Source: Trichoplax adhaerens (lineage: Eukaryota > Animalia > Placozoa). From it: a stretch of 64,000 nt of DNA. The notes beneath the pieces were generated by a model. That model ran no database searches and was not told the DNA's origin. It was given only the letters and a program-made list of their open reading frames with translations. Positions within the stretch are counted from its first letter, which is position 1. Each line of letters starts with the position of its first letter. Below are positions 1-15,155 of this stretch, piece after piece. The DNA lies in NCBI RefSeq assembly GCF_000150275.1, contig NW_002060949.1, positions 865,836 through 929,835 on the forward strand, read 5' to 3'. Position numbers and translations under genes: made by a program.

Positions 1-3000
1 AATTTTTATTGGATGCAAAATGCCCTACATCATTATCGAGTAAACGATTGACTATGCTTCGAGGTTTAGGGCTATTTGCTAATGATCTATAAGATATTAG
101 ATATTAGATATTAGCTTGCACTATACGCGTTTATACGAGTATAAATCCGTAGCTTTGATTCTTGATTAAGTGAGTGATTGAATTTCAATAATCTTCCGAA
201 AATTGTACTCCTATAAATGACAATGTCACTTTTCGAGTGGTAATAAACAATAGCATTTAATATTAATTCTTCCGAAAATGTATAACTATATGTAATTAAC
301 TACTCAGTATTTTGTAGGAATTCACCACATATCCTTGCCTCAGATTAATTATTCTTAATTTTCTAAAATAATGAAATTAAAGCTAGGAGTTATTTAAAGG
401 ATCTTACAGGTATAGTACTATAAATTCAAGCAGTAAGGCAGGGATGAAGAGGCCATTTCTGTGTATGAAAATCAGTCAAATTGAATTATGGTTCTTGAAT
501 ACAATCATCTCAGCATTTTGATACCATAGCTTTTATCGCCTAACATAGGAAAGGTTTATTTGCTATTAATCAGTATAAAGGTCAAATGCTCATCTAATAT
601 ATCGATTAATGCAAATTCGAACTCGTCTGCTACCTGTTAACTAGAATTAACGCTGATCTGATTAGCGAAATATTAATATTTTGTCTACAGTATAAAAAGA
701 GCTAATATATATCTTTGTCAGCTAATACTGCAAATAAAATGTATATGATTTAATTACTGGTAATCTATCAAAAACCATTTTATCCAAATAATCTATATAT
801 ATTCATATTGTAAAACTAATGCAGTCAGAACATTTTACAATTTTGTTATTTGAAATCATTCCTAAAGAGATTTGATTACTAATAGCTACATAAGTATACA
901 AGTACTGTACAGTATCTTATTACTATGTTAAGTAATGGTATCAGAATTTGTCTACAGTACTATCTACTTGATTAAAATTACTAATAAATTGATTAATGAC
1001 AATCTATTTAACTACATCTAACGAAAGTATTTCAGCTGATACAACCATAGCTAGTCTTCAGCTTTGTTAATTAAGTATACTTGTACCTAAGACGGTAATT
1101 AGTTAATGACCTGCATACGATATTACTTTAATAAACATACTATAGTACGGATAATCTTCTAAAAACATGATCTCTAACGTTTCACTCCAATACTACAACT
1201 GGACAACCTCACTATATTAGTACGATAGCTTCTATCGCTATAAGGTTCTACTAACGAACGAGAAAAGTGTGCAGGCCATTTGTTGGATTAAAGTCTCTTA
1301 TTTTCCTACTGCTCTTTTTCAAATATCTAGCATCTAGCAGATATCTCAATTTACAAACACACTGAACATTTTTACTAATTTCGTTATACGCATATTTCAA
1401 TAAATCTTACTTTTGTAACTCCTATACTTTGAATACGTTTAATCTAGAATTTTGCTTCTGGACCAACATACATTCTTCACGCAAAACATCTGTATTTATA
1501 TTTAATAACAAACTATAAAGTTGATGGCTCTACATATACACAGTTAACTTTTATTTTAAGAACTATTAAAAAACATGATTTTATACCCATCATTAATATT
1601 AGCAAAAATGCAAAGCTGATCTTTGCAGAAAATGACAATGGCCAGATAGTGTTATAACTCTGGCTGAAATAGCTACATTTACCTAGCAATGAATCTTGCA
1701 ACATCAACATTAGTGCTGTATTTTCAAACTGATCATATGTGAGCTATTTCATATTGAAACAGAGAATAAATTAGGATTATCTCCATTTTTGAGAAAAGCC
1801 AATATTAATATTATAACCAAAATAAATTAACGTTAAAAGTTACTTGAGAAGGAAATAGACAATAGGGTAGTTGTATAAAATGACTAACTAGTTTCGACAA
1901 TCAAGGTGAAATACGAAAATATGGCATGATCTGATATTGTATCAGAATAGTAGACAAAGTAGTATTAACACGAAAGTGTTAATTAGAAAAGGTATTATTC
2001 ACTGGTACTTAATTAATCAGGATCGAAATTTACTATCTGGATTTAAGGCTATCATATTAAGCTTGATGTAGTTAATATATTTCAAGACTATGGCAGAAAA
2101 AAAGTTGTTAAGAGCTTGCCAGACAAAATCTCGCTCATAATAGAAAGCTGAATTAAGTGATTTTTCTATATCATTAGGACTTTCAATAATTTTATATAAC
2201 TAATGTAAGAAATAGATAAAATCTTTAAAGGGACACGATGCATTTATGAATTGATTTATAATTGATAGCGGAAATTATGATTAATGGTTAGTAAATCAGC
2301 TGCTATAAAGATAATCTTATCATATTGGACACCTAGCTAAAATGAGAGTTTACTATCGTGAAATCGAAAGAATTCTTTAACTGCTGTAGGAAGTTACTGA
2401 GTAGCGATTGAGTTCCAAGTACATCGTGGAAATTTCCGAATGAAACAGTAGCAAAACTGCTTAATGAAACCAGCTGTTGTAATATATAATCAGTAGCATT
2501 TAATATGTGCCAAAGGGTATCACTTATAAATATATTCTCTAATCATAAAATTTAAGGATGGCTTTAACTCGAGAAAAGTGATACTCTCCAGATTTCGATC
2601 AGATGATATCAAATAGTAAAGGAAAACAGGATCATCGTTATTTTTACCAATTTTCATCAAATATTTAGAGATAACTTGGTCTAGAAGGGTAGAAAATTTA
2701 GATAGATTGAAAAAAGTCGTTTATAAAGTAATTTTAAACCTTCCTATGCTTGTGTCGATAGTGCTTTTTATCCGCATTTTCTATCGGCTAAGGTTAAAAG
2801 TTGATGTAGTAATAAAAAGCACTAGTTATGTATCAAGTATTGAATTTCTACCAGATTAGATTATATGATCATTAAATCTTGATTAATAATATTAATTTTT
2901 GCCAATATTGGACATTAACTTGTCGGAATAGAAGGGCAGTAGCAGCAAGCTCTTATATGAATGTTTTCCATGTTGAAGGTTAGTGTCATTGTAGAAAAGT

Positions 3001-3299
3001 GATATTTTTGATACGTGATAGGGCAGAGTAGTCAAGATCGGAACGTAAAATCTTGATTCAATTTAATGGCGATTACAGTCGTTGTAGAAAAGGATTATTA
3101 TTTTTGGAAACATATGGCTCTAATAGTATGAAGATCGAGATATTCAAATCTAGATTAAATCCGTTAATGTCAATCCTAGTAAATATCCAAAGGTGATGTG
3201 GTCGAAAAGGAAGAATAGGAAGTGATAGTATATCGCTTATACAAGTAATTGTACGCCATACTTGTAACTACTGTCATTAGCGTTATTAGTGACCATTTT

Positions 3300-3929
3300 T
3301 TACTCACAGTAGACAGCATAAACAACACATACAGCATATAATGAAGCATTTTGAAAGCAATAGGATGCATAATTATCCAGATTATCATCCCATAGACATT
3401 GGCTTGTTACAGATATACATTGTCCTGACTTTTGTCCTATATTGACATAACAAATTAATCTATAACGTGGTAAGTGTAATTTTTTAACACCATCTTTAAT
3501 TTTCTCCGCTAACTCAGAAGACTGCTGACGACAATAATCATGTTGGTAAGTTTTGTCATCTAGTTCTTTATTAACGATGTGGCGTATAATTCTTTCTACA
3601 TCTTCAGCAGGGAAAGCTGTTGTCGAGCGTATTTTATAAAGATCGGAGGCAGAACTATTCGTATTTCGACTAGTTAACCTTGATGAAACTGCTGATCGTA
3701 TAGGTTCAGCGGAATGGCAAACTTCACTTTCACCTCGAAAATCATCGCGTCGTCTACGAGCCTGTTCAGTTATATGGATTGCTCTTCGTTTTAAATGTTG
3801 TGCTGTCCTTTTAGCTGACAGAAATCCCAACAGTAATGATGATTCATTGGAACTATCTAACCCACTATTGCCGTTGACAATATGACTGATATCGAAAGCA
3901 GAACGTGATTTAGGAAGGCCGCTGGTCAT
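3300..3929 (-). CDS. Tctex1-domain dynein light chain protein (TCTEX1D/DYNLT-like) with N-terminal extension
   Basis: ORF 3300..3938, first ATG at 3929. The C-terminal ~110 aa (FPAEDVERII...KTYQHDYC...LPRYRLICYVNIGQKSGQCISVTSQCLWDDNLDNYASYCFQNASLYAVCVVYAVYCE) match the Tctex-1 family consensus. The frame stays open to a possible acceptor near 3960, so an upstream coding exon cannot be excluded. Confidence 0.9.
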   Translation of the reverse strand: MTSGLPKSRSAFDISHIVNGNSGLDSSNESSLLLGFLSAKRTAQHLKRRAIHITEQARRRRDDFRGESEVCHSAEPIRSAVSSRLTSRNTNSSASDLYKIRSTTAFPAEDVERIIRHIVNKELDDKTYQHDYCRQQSSELAEKIKDGVKKLHLPRYRLICYVNIGQKSGQCISVTSQCLWDDNLDNYASYCFQNASLYAVCVVYAVYCE

Positions 3930-6900
3930 CTTGGACACTGTTCTAATTTTTCTTTCCTTCTATTTTAATGGTTAAGGTTAAAAATCAAATCAATTTTAAC
4001 GTAAGTCAATAAACTGATATGTAAGGTAAATTTCGATCTATGCAGTCGGCCGACTTAGGATAACAATTTTTAACTTGATCAATTCTTCCCTGGTGGTCCT
4101 TAATCTTTTATCTTTGTATAATGCTTTTATATAGAAAAAAGGTAAAAATTGAATAAAAGTATTTCTTAGTCCTGTAGTAATCTATTTCGTAAACTTGCGC
4201 TGTCCTAGGAGGAGGTAGATTTCTTTATGTTCTCGTTAATTGAACATTACAGTGGTTATTTTTTTTAGAATTATCCCATTGTATCAGTTTTGAAAAGAGT
4301 CTTCAATTTTCTTATAAAGAATGTAAGCATTGTACTTGCTTCTTTTGCTTGTCATCGCACAAATAACATCCGACAATTCTAATAATGGTTGTTATGTTTC
4401 CAGTGGATCCAATAAAGCTCGCAGTTGAATGTGAAAGGTTAGAATAGGGAATATCTAGTATACTTGTCGTCAGAATTGGATAGAAGCAGACATATTCTTG
4501 TCGTGGCTATTATTTTTTCATAACCGATAACAATACGGTAACTCTAGTAACACTATATATTTATCTTAATATAAAATCCCATATAATAACATATCCATTA
4601 ATATCTCATTTGAATCAAATGACACTTAAACCTTAGACCGACTAGTAAATTTATTAGCACTGTTGATTAATTGATTTTCCTCCATCAATAATGTAATATC
4701 AATGAAAATTATGCAAGCTACAGCTCTAAAATAGGTAGTTTATTGATATTTATAGACAATAAATAAAAAGTAAAGAGCGTATGTATTTCATTTCGAGTAA
4801 TACATATATATCATTCATACTTAGTCTTCATGAACGGTATTTGCTGATGCAGTATGCCCATCTGCTATACTATCAAAATTGAAGTTGTTCACCTAGTTTA
4901 ATCCCTTTGTCAGCAATGCAATATCAAGGAAGAAAGGATAACTTTAACCGAAGCTGCTACGATATGACGAACATTTAGACATTATTTTAGTATAGATGAG
5001 ATAGTATGACTTGAAATTTATTTTAAGAGAAAATACATTGCATCTAAAAAGGGACAAATTCTCATTTTGCTATGCTTATTGTTAGTTGTTATCAATACTC
5101 TTGAATGATATATTCAAGTAATGTTTACTATAAAGTAAACGAAATTAAAAATCTTAAACCAATTAGTTATTTATCCTATAAAAGTAGTACGTATACGGTA
5201 CACGACTCTATTTCAATATTTGATATAATTGAATAACAGAACCTGATCTGAAATGATAAAATTTGAGTGTATCAATGTTTACTAATTTATGGTTGCGCTG
5301 CAAATCCTATAAATCGGTTTCTATGGATAAAAATAGATAATTCTGTTATTCCTTTTACTACTGTTTATGTAACCATATTAATTCTTCTTGGTAAACATAT
5401 CAAATTCTTGCCAACTAAAGCTTTCATAAATGTGATTATCAGCAACGCAATTTCATATAATAATTCTTTGATGTTCCAACATCAGAGCCTGAATGATGGT
5501 TTAATAGTAGCGAAACTTAGGAAACCTAATTAGATCAAGGAAGGGAACAGACGAATTATTCGCTTTTACCGAAATTTATTGCTCAGTAGCTAAAGAGGAC
5601 TGGTAATGATGGCTAAAAATTCAGATGTAGAATACTGCATCGTTTATTGATAAACTTGATAGAAGGGTCTAAAGCTGGCTACTCAGGCGTATATTACAAT
5701 CTTCTCAATGGTTAGCAAGCTCATATATTTATGTTAAGTAATTTATGGACAATGTCTTATTTTAGTTTAATATAGTCAACTGAGTCAATTCTGAGGTATG
5801 AATACGATCGCTTATTTTGCCGGTAATCTGTCTATCATTTTACGACTGTACTGTTGTTTACATAATTATAGAACTCAGAAATGGAGCTACCGCAATACTA
5901 TTACTGTACTATTGTTACTTTCAGCTATAAGATTATTGAGATACCGATATTGGATAGGTAATCAACAATATCATGCTTTTTATGTTTTCTTGTGAGAGCT
6001 GATAGTTTACTATTATATAATATTAAATTAGAAATACCAGTGTAGTGTGAATAGACATCTAACTAACTTTGATCACATCATTGGTTATATAAAACATTAT
6101 ATTGTTTCTCAGCAAGTTCGGGCACTCCATATTCTTTGAGCATGTCCTCTTAACAATCCTTTCTCCTGACTGTTTGATGAGTGTATTACCGAATTTAGTG
6201 TGCTTAATTTTGTAATGGTTATTCGTATATTTAGATTAATTAGTAAAATTTATAAGCCGTATGTTACAGACTATAGTTTATTAAGCAGAAGATTGTAAAA
6301 TTAGAATATAATGCAGAAAAATATATATAACGTAGTTGTTGATTCTAGGGATACGAAATAAAAATAATTTACTACTTAACTCTTGCACGTACAAGCTTCA
6401 TTAACCAATATTTAATGATTTACGATTAACTTGAATACTAACCAGCATTTAGTATATAGCATATAAGTGTTTTAACCATCGATTCTAGTTGAGAAATATT
6501 TATATCAGGACATTGGTACTTTTTGTAGTCAAAATTCGGTAGAGTTACTGCTTATATGCTTAGATAATATCTCGAAGCGATATTAATATAGAGCTCTTAG
6601 CTTATCTGAGTACCTTATGCGATATGGATAATGAACAAGGATAATACTGTAGATGCGAATTGATAACATAGCACAAAGATCTTATATATAATTAAAGTAA
6701 CTATCTTCAGAATGAATTTAATTATAAATCTAAACGTTCTTGTAATAATATTGCAAATCGAGAAAAGCATCAAATAAAGCTGAAATATTATTGTTCTTGT
6801 CGTATTATAAATTACCTTTGTCATCATTATTGTATACACGCAATATAGGGGGCGTCGTCGCTATAGTGACAGACACTAAGATTTATAAAAAGAAGCTGAA

Positions 6901-9900
6901 ATTACAATTATCTTTTGGTTTTCAGAAATGACTATATTTCAACTGATTTAATGAAGTTAGCGGTGGGTAGGCACTTTGATCAGTCTATAGCGTACGATAT
7001 ATAATTGTATTAGTCATTTCATCATGATCTAGTTTTTGCTACTGCACTCTTGGCATAATTTCGTAGTCTAATAGTCATTGAAGGTCGAATAATAATAATT
7101 ATCGATTTATATCAGCCTGTAGCATTTAATAAGAGATTATTTTATATTAGCATGGTATTTCATACCTAGGATTTCCTCCTGTATCATTCGGTTAAGGCTA
7201 AACTATTTCTAAGTCTGCTAATGCTTTATAATTTAGCAGAAGTTGGAAAAATTTATCTACTAAACAGTTGAATCATTGCAGAGGAAATGAGACATATGAA
7301 TTTCTATGGGATCTATTCGAAATTTTTACGTTCTATTAAATACTGAAAAATAGAAAAAGAGATTTTTATATTTAATAAAGATATGGATGTCCCTTATGTA
7401 GCAATAATGGGCCATGTATGTATGGTACATGATATTGCCGAGATCTAACAGCATCAATAATGAAGACTTAGTGTATTATATAGTGTATTCGATATTGACT
7501 ATATTTATTAATGAAGTAAACGGGATTATTGCATTATAGAGTTGCTTCTTTCCAAGTAGTTGCAGCTTACATTTATCCGGGCATTATTATCAACAAGTAC
7601 CGTCGTATTAAAAATATCACTGACCCATTCAGTCAAACATTGGTAATTATTGTTGTAAAGACTGTTGTATTGAACGATGTATCATTTTCTATTAAGTCTA
7701 GCGCATCTAGTCTGTACGACCAGGCTTAGACCACTACTTGTGCTGACATTTCGAATGTGCTAAGATTACGCAGTGCAGTATCTATGATACAGAATAACTA
7801 CGTTAGACCATGGGGAAGAACCTCTATGGGTTAGAACTTTTAAGTATTAGGAAAGCTTACTGTAGACAATTATGCAGACACTCTACGATATAATCCGGCC
7901 TCGAGGGATAAAAGCCGGGAGTTTTTAAGGGAGGAAGGGGTTGCCAATTATTAATAATTGCTATTTGATGCTAAATTGGCTGTAATAATAGTTTCTATGA
8001 TAATGTTCGGTAATCTTCTGTTACTAAAGTAGAATTAAAATATTAAATAGCTGATTTCAATAAATAATTTTATATACGAAGAAAGAACATTATTCTAGAG
8101 ACATTATTTGCAATACGTGCATTATACTGTACATACGTTAAACATATCATAGATGATAATTCGTCTATATGCCGTATGCAAGTGGTAGAGGTTTATGGCA
8201 AACGGACATTTACATACCTATATTATTGATCTTGCTAGATTGCAATAAAATTATTCGTTAAAAAATTTCAATTTCAATGAATAAGTTGTAATATGCGTGT
8301 ACATACAGCACAATATACTATGCAGAGGACAGGTACTGGTAAAGTAGATAGCTTGGATGATCCGAAAGCATTTCCCAGTGCTGCATGTGTGTGTTTGTGT
8401 ATTATCTAGCATATGTATATGTATTATTAAAATTCTTACGTCTTGACTTTATCCGCGGGAAAATGGTACATATATATCATATACATACTCGTATGTGCTG
8501 TACTCATGACTACTATGATGTCATCTTCATTAAAGAGTACGAAATAAAAATTAAGAATCATCTACTACGCTTCGTAGTCTTCTACTTCTTTTCATCTACC
8601 ACGCCTATTTTTCTCACAGTATAAAAAATACTAAACTAATATGTTTTAGTATTTAATATTAAAATCGATGCTGTACTAGGAAACATATTGTAGCACTAGG
8701 TAACAGTAAATTGTATTTATATAACCGTGCCTTTCAATCATTTCAGTATTTTCTATTTACGATCTCTCTATGATAATACAACGATTGACTTACTGCATAA
8801 TTAATGAGTACAGTTTTATTAATGGCTATAATGGTACTATCGAAAAATGCTATAGTCCTTCCAATAGTAGTACCGGTACTGTATATGCTATAACTATACG
8901 CACACAACACCTATGGCTCTGATTGTATCTAGATAATAAAAGGAAGAATACGATTTACGGCAAGCGCCTATGGATAGATTTCTTTTCTCTGTAACGATAG
9001 TTAACGGTATGTTGAACAGATAAAAGTATAATATAGATGAATAGTTATGAAATGCAATTACTTACGTTGAAAGTTAAGCAATCTAATTTGAACCAAGAGC
9101 AATACTACTACAAACTTTACTGTATGCTGTATTTATATAGATATGAGTATAAATTAATTGAAGATAGCTATATTTAAATAACGGCGTTGTTAATGTATTC
9201 TTTTAAACCTACATATAGATCATTAGGCCATAGCTATCACACCATATGATCATTAACAAATAAAGTCATTTTAATATACCTTTTATGGCTATACTTAGGC
9301 TACTAGCGCACCCCTATATTACTTTAAAAGCAAAGCATTAATTATTGTACTGTATTTGTAGTTATTAGGAGTTTGTCAAGTAGGCCTATACTTGTACTAT
9401 AGTAAGATTGCTATACGACTTGATGTAATTCTAGAAGTAGTATGCTGTACAGTACTATGTGAGCATACTTAAGTTAAGTAGCCAGTCATTCCATGCATGC
9501 TAAATGATATTACTGTATCGTGAATGATTGATTGATTGCTACATTATTGGATACGTTATATTGGGCGTACTATAAGCGGTATTGTCCATTCTATGGGATA
9601 ATTTGGCAATATTGTTGACTTAATGTATCAATAGTTAATGAAATAACTGCGGCACCGAGTGATTCAAAGACATTATTAATCATTAATCAGAATTATTAGA
9701 AAGTTTCTTGTCCGTTATTATCTAGACGGTATTTTTAGGTTTAGTTGCAGTTGTTAATATTTCATAATCTATTTCCTTTCCTTTTTTACGTTAGAATTGT
9801 AATGAGACTGTAAAATTATCCACAAATCTTTCTCTTAATATATCAATCACTGGTGTTGAATAATTACCGTCAGGTCTAATTACCGTAGTAAAGGAAGAGA

Positions 9901-9909
9901 AAAACGCTT

Positions 9910-12900
9910 ATGCTGAAACGAATCATGGATTGTCGTCATGGTTTTACTAACGGAGATCATCAAGTTCATTTCGTAAAAAGAATAACTAGATTGAAGATAG
10001 CAGATCATGATGATTTTCCTGAAGATGATACTAATGAATCCAATCGAGAGGGCAAACTTAAACGCTGCTTAAATACATTTGATTTAACTGCTTTAGGGAT
10101 AGGAAGTACATTAGGTGCTGGTGTCTACGTTATTACTGGCCAAGTAGCGCGTCAATCGGCGGGACCGTCAGTGATTATTGCTTTTGCCATTGCCGCTTTT
10201 GCTTCGGCTTTAGCCGCTTTATGTTATGCTGAGTTTGGCTCTCGAATTACTAAAACTGGATCAGCTTATGTCTACAGTTATGTTACTGTTGGTGAATTGA
10301 TTGCTTTTATAATCGGATGGAATCTCATTTTAGAATATGCTATCTCTGTGGCATCGGTAGCCCGTGCTTGGAGTGGTAATCTTGATTCATTAGCCAATCA
10401 CGCTATATCCAACTATTTTCAAAAGCATCTCAGCTGGCATGCTCCTGGTTTAGCCTCTTATCCCGATTTTCTGGCTTTTGCAATCGTGATTATATTTACA
10501 ATCACTTTAAGTACTGGCGTTAAAGCTTCTTCGACTATAAATAATATCTTTACCGTGACTAATTTAATGGTGATCACATTCGTTTTTTCATGCGGGATGT
10601 TTTACGCCGATATTCAAAACTGGAACATTCCCAATTCTTCTATTCCACACCCTGGTCCCTATCCTTTACAAGGTTATGGTGGATTTACACCATTTGGCAT
10701 TGGTGGTTTATTAACTGGTGCTGCTACTAGTTTCTATGCTTACGTTGGTTTTGATGCGATATGTACAACTAGTGAGGAAGTCCGTAATCCTCAACGTGTT
10801 GTACCCTTAAGTATTTTACTAACGTTAGTTGTCTGCTTTATAGCTTATTCATCAATCTCCATAGTTATTACATTAATGGTGCCCTACTATAAAATTGATC
10901 CCAAGGCTCCTTTACCACAAGTATTTGCTTTGAAAGGGGTTAAAGTTGCTCAATATATTATCTCTGTGGGTGCTTTCTGTGGTCTGTCAGCGTCGATTAT
11001 GGGGTCAGTATTTCCATTGCCTAGAGTGATTTTTGCCATGTCTCGTGATGGCTTGCTATTCAAGTAAGTGATAGAGTAAAGCTTTAATATTTAATAGGTT
11101 GATATAGATTTGCATAAATAGCTTCATTTAGAGAGTAGTAGGTTACATTGGTAGTTTTTGGAGGTTAATCTATTCTCAAAATTCGATGAACTTGATGTAA
11201 TTACTGTTGCAATTTAACTCTTGACCGCGGCGCGTGTTAAGATAAACTACTGCATATTGGATATTCTAAGCAGGGCTCAATCCTGTATCGTCATTTTTAT
11301 ACAGTTCTATAATATGGATACAATTAAAAACTTGAACTAAAAAAGAAAAATGATTTGAAGATATTGATAGATAAAAAGTGAAATTGCCTTTCTACCTGGC
11401 AATAGAATAACTAGCTATTTTAATAGATCAGCCACGATCTAACAGGAAAAATAGTTAAGACTACGTATGATACTATCACCTTTATACAGTTACTAAGTAA
11501 ATGTACGAATAAAATTAAAATGAAAGGCCATCTAAAGATGCTGATCGATTAAAAGTACAGCATACTATAGTCCTGAAGATAGTCCTTGAGTTCGCATCCT
11601 TTTTATTTTTATTACGCTAACGTGTGAGTGAAATTATAGTTAAGATATAAAATTATCTAAAGATAGCGATATATTAAAGGTAAGGCATATTTCATATTGA
11701 AGACAACTTTTAATTCTTTTTCGTTCTGATACAATTATTAAGTAGGTTTACGAATATATTATTGATTATAATGATCAACTATCTAAAGAATTAAACAGAT
11801 TAAAGGCTAAGCTTTCTTTTCACTCGTAGTGATGTAATAACTAATAGATCAATAAATGATCTAACAGCGATTAAATTGCTTAATTTGCTCTTAACTTGTG
11901 GCTTTTTTGGATAGGATACTTGGTAGAGTCCATGATAGATTCAAGACGCCATTGTATGCTACCGTCGTATCAGGAATATTCTGTTCAATCGTGGCTCTGA
12001 TTTTTGATATAGCAGCATTAGTTAATATGATGTCTATTGGTACGCTCTTGGCCTATATTTTAGTTTCGGCATCGATATTAATCCTACATTATCAGCCTAG
12101 TGATCATAGTATTGGACAATCCTTACAAGATGATAACCAGATCGAACTGATTCAACATGCAACTACACAACCGCAGAATGAAGAAAATGATGGATTACAA
12201 AATCAATCAGCACTTCATGATTATGGATCAGTTAATAACAATGGTGTAGAATTTAAGAGTAATTTAGGTGATAAACCATCTGAAAATGATCTAATTTTGC
12301 CCGATAATAATCAGCTAAGTGATACTTTAAGTGATATTGACGATGATAAAATTGATGATGAAGACCAACCAACATCCCAAAGTGGCAGGACAGTTATCAA
12401 ATGTGTCACCGCCCTAAGTGCTGCTATTTTAGCACTAAATCTCATTCTTATTAAATTAATCAACCAATTACTCAATCGTACATGGTGGACGATTCTTTTA
12501 GTCTGCACTCTAGTTCTATTGATATTAATAGTGATATATATTATCGTGAGACAGCCTAAAAACCGGCAAAAATTAAAATTTAAAGTGCCATTAGTTCCAT
12601 TTACACCCATTTTAAGTTTATTTATTAACCTCTTTTTAATTTTAAAATTGCCTACAGCTACGTGGATACGATTCGCTATTTGGATGGCTATTGGTAAGTA
12701 TTAAGCAGTGGAAATTAGAAAGATATTATGAACTTTGTTCAATATGCAGCGTAATTGTAGTTACACTTTCATTAAAGCTTATTAATTATCCGTACATTGT
12801 AGGTTTCAGTATTTATTTCGGTTATGGAATGTGGCATAGCGTGGAAGAAAGGCAAATGCGATTTTGTCACAAGCTACCATTGAATGACGATGATGAAGAT

Positions 12901-12930
12901 GATGATCACTTTAGAACGAAGAGAGATTAA
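9910..12930 (+). CDS. Cationic amino acid transporter (SLC7/CAT family, APC superfamily), 3 coding exons, ~686 aa
   Basis: Exons 9910-11063, 11915-12693 and 12803-12930 are joined by phase-consistent GT-AG introns. CAT motifs present: LKRCLNTFDLTALGIGSTLGAGVYV, CYAEFGSR, FYAYVGFD, MMSIGTLLAY, FKVPLVPFTP, TWIRFAIWM, IYFGYGMWHS. The long acidic loop after TM11 resembles SLC7A14/SLC7A4-type members. Confidence 0.93.
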
Positions 12931-15155
12931 TAATTATCTATCTTAAGTTAATTTATATATTTTCCAATTACAAAGTGGTCTCGCCAGTGTGTACAGTAGT
13001 AGCAATGCTTCTGTTAGTTAATCCTCTTTGCTTCGCCATAAATACTGTGAAATGATTATATTATCTTATTGATATAAATGGACGAAAAAGACCTTCTACA
13101 TCTAACTTTAAGTGATAGCTTATTTTTTTTGCCTCTAATTTGCTCCTATTAGATAAGATCCTAATCTATTTATTTACGTTACCGTGTCAACTTCTAAAAT
13201 ACATTTAATAAATTTCCGTGCTGAATGTAGTACTTTATCTATCAAATAAATCAATTAGTGGTGCTATAGTAGCACGATATAGCCGTCATTTGTGTATGTT
13301 AATATGGGATTTGTACACGGATTAAGAGATCTTTAAATATCGTGCATGAGAAAGCTTGTATACCATCGAAAGTATTGCTGGCGGGCTTGAAAAATAATAT
13401 TGTGTATGAATTGCGGTTTATCCGATTAAATATAAAGACTTAAAAATATTTCTCTATTCGATTATAGAGTCCTGTGGCTATATTTATGTTCGCAGGACTA
13501 TAAATTTTCGTTATAAAATATTAGTATAACAGGAAGAGAATATCAGGAGCAGGCTTGGAAGTAATCAATAAATACAGCAGTAATTTATGTATAAGGGCAT
13601 TTGCAATAGTTTCTATTTGATCTTACATTGGCAAACAAGTTACTAGTGAAATGATAGCAAAAGAGAAATAGAATAGCAAATTGCAATTTAGACAATTAGC
13701 GGTAGGATATAGCTACTTTATGGCGTTTCTAGTAAATAAGTTTAACATAAACTTGTTACTGTTAAATCTTTGATGTGATCGTTTGCTAATAATAATGGTG
13801 TAACTGCTTAAATCTTAAGAACCCTAGAATAAATCGATTTTTACAAATTATGTAATACAGTAGTCATCGCACGCATGATAACAGACAAATGACTCGATGT
13901 ACTAGATTGGACATGATAATAGTCTTAAAAAATAGTGTTAAAAACTAATAGACAACAGAATGAATGAAGTACACAAACGGACTATTCGTTTGAGTTAGTT
14001 GGGAATAGGACTCTTTTATTACAAATAATCTGTCATATGAATAGTACAGGATACAGAAATTTTAGACTGTATATCCTTATTTTAACAAGTAATATACAGG
14101 GTAAAAACTGAAACAGATAGAGGAAATGATTGCTACATTTGTAAATTATCAAATATTTCAAGCTTTGCTGACAGAACTTTACGTCAGACTTAATTGATAT
14201 AGTGCTACCAGTAAGTAATAATGTAGTGTTGCATGTCGGTACTTAGTACACAAAATGGCGGCAAAGTTACTTTGCTATAAATCAAAACATTACGTATCCA
14301 ATACATTACACAAATTACCAATACGGCATATACGTTTGTACGAGAAGGTTGTGAAGCTATAGGTTATAAATTTCGAACTTTGTATTATATACTCGTATTG
14401 ATAAATTTATGCCATTTACCGTAGAGTACGATGTTGCTGGTTATAAATAGTTTTAAAATATAATTCGAGGGACATTTAATTAACTGCCATCTAATAAATA
14501 ATCTTTCATCTGATGCAAAAGAATGTTAGAAAGCAATATTGGATGACAGACTAATTATTCGTATCAAGCGTATAACGGGTATTTTTTATATTATACAGTC
14601 TTATAAAAGCCTATATACGCGTAGATATATTTAAGCATACATATATATGTAATTGGTTATCTTATTGAATGGCATAGTTAGTATTATTTAATAAATGCCA
14701 GCATCAAGGTCTATAATCCAATATACAGTATGTACAAAGATAGCTTACTTTTAATATCGCAATAAGAAAAGGGCTTAAGCGATAGGATAACGTACGATCG
14801 ACACAATGGACTGAGTTATGCCGTTATAAACTCATTCTAAGGTGTTGTGTCGATAGCAAATACCACGGCGAGTTGACAAATAAACGTATTCATTAAACTG
14901 ATTGTTCCGGTATACTATAATTATGGAACAAATATGTATCAGATATATAGGCAAATTTGCAATAAATTTACAATAAATAAAATTAACAGGCAATTAAACA
15001 GTAAAACATTTGGTATCGAAAAGAAAGACAGAAAAACAAGTAAAATATTACGTGGGCTTCAAGCATGTTTGTATCTAATAGCGTTTTAATAACAATACTA
15101 CAACATCTTTGAATAGGTCTATTTTGAGGAGATACAAAATGATTTATCACTATGC

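Noticed and set aside
1-9700. Short ORFs at 1513, 3176, 5267, 5798, 6615, 7529 and 8385
   Set aside because: Compositionally biased (I/L/F/Y-rich), often with non-ATG starts, no motifs and no coherent splice structure.
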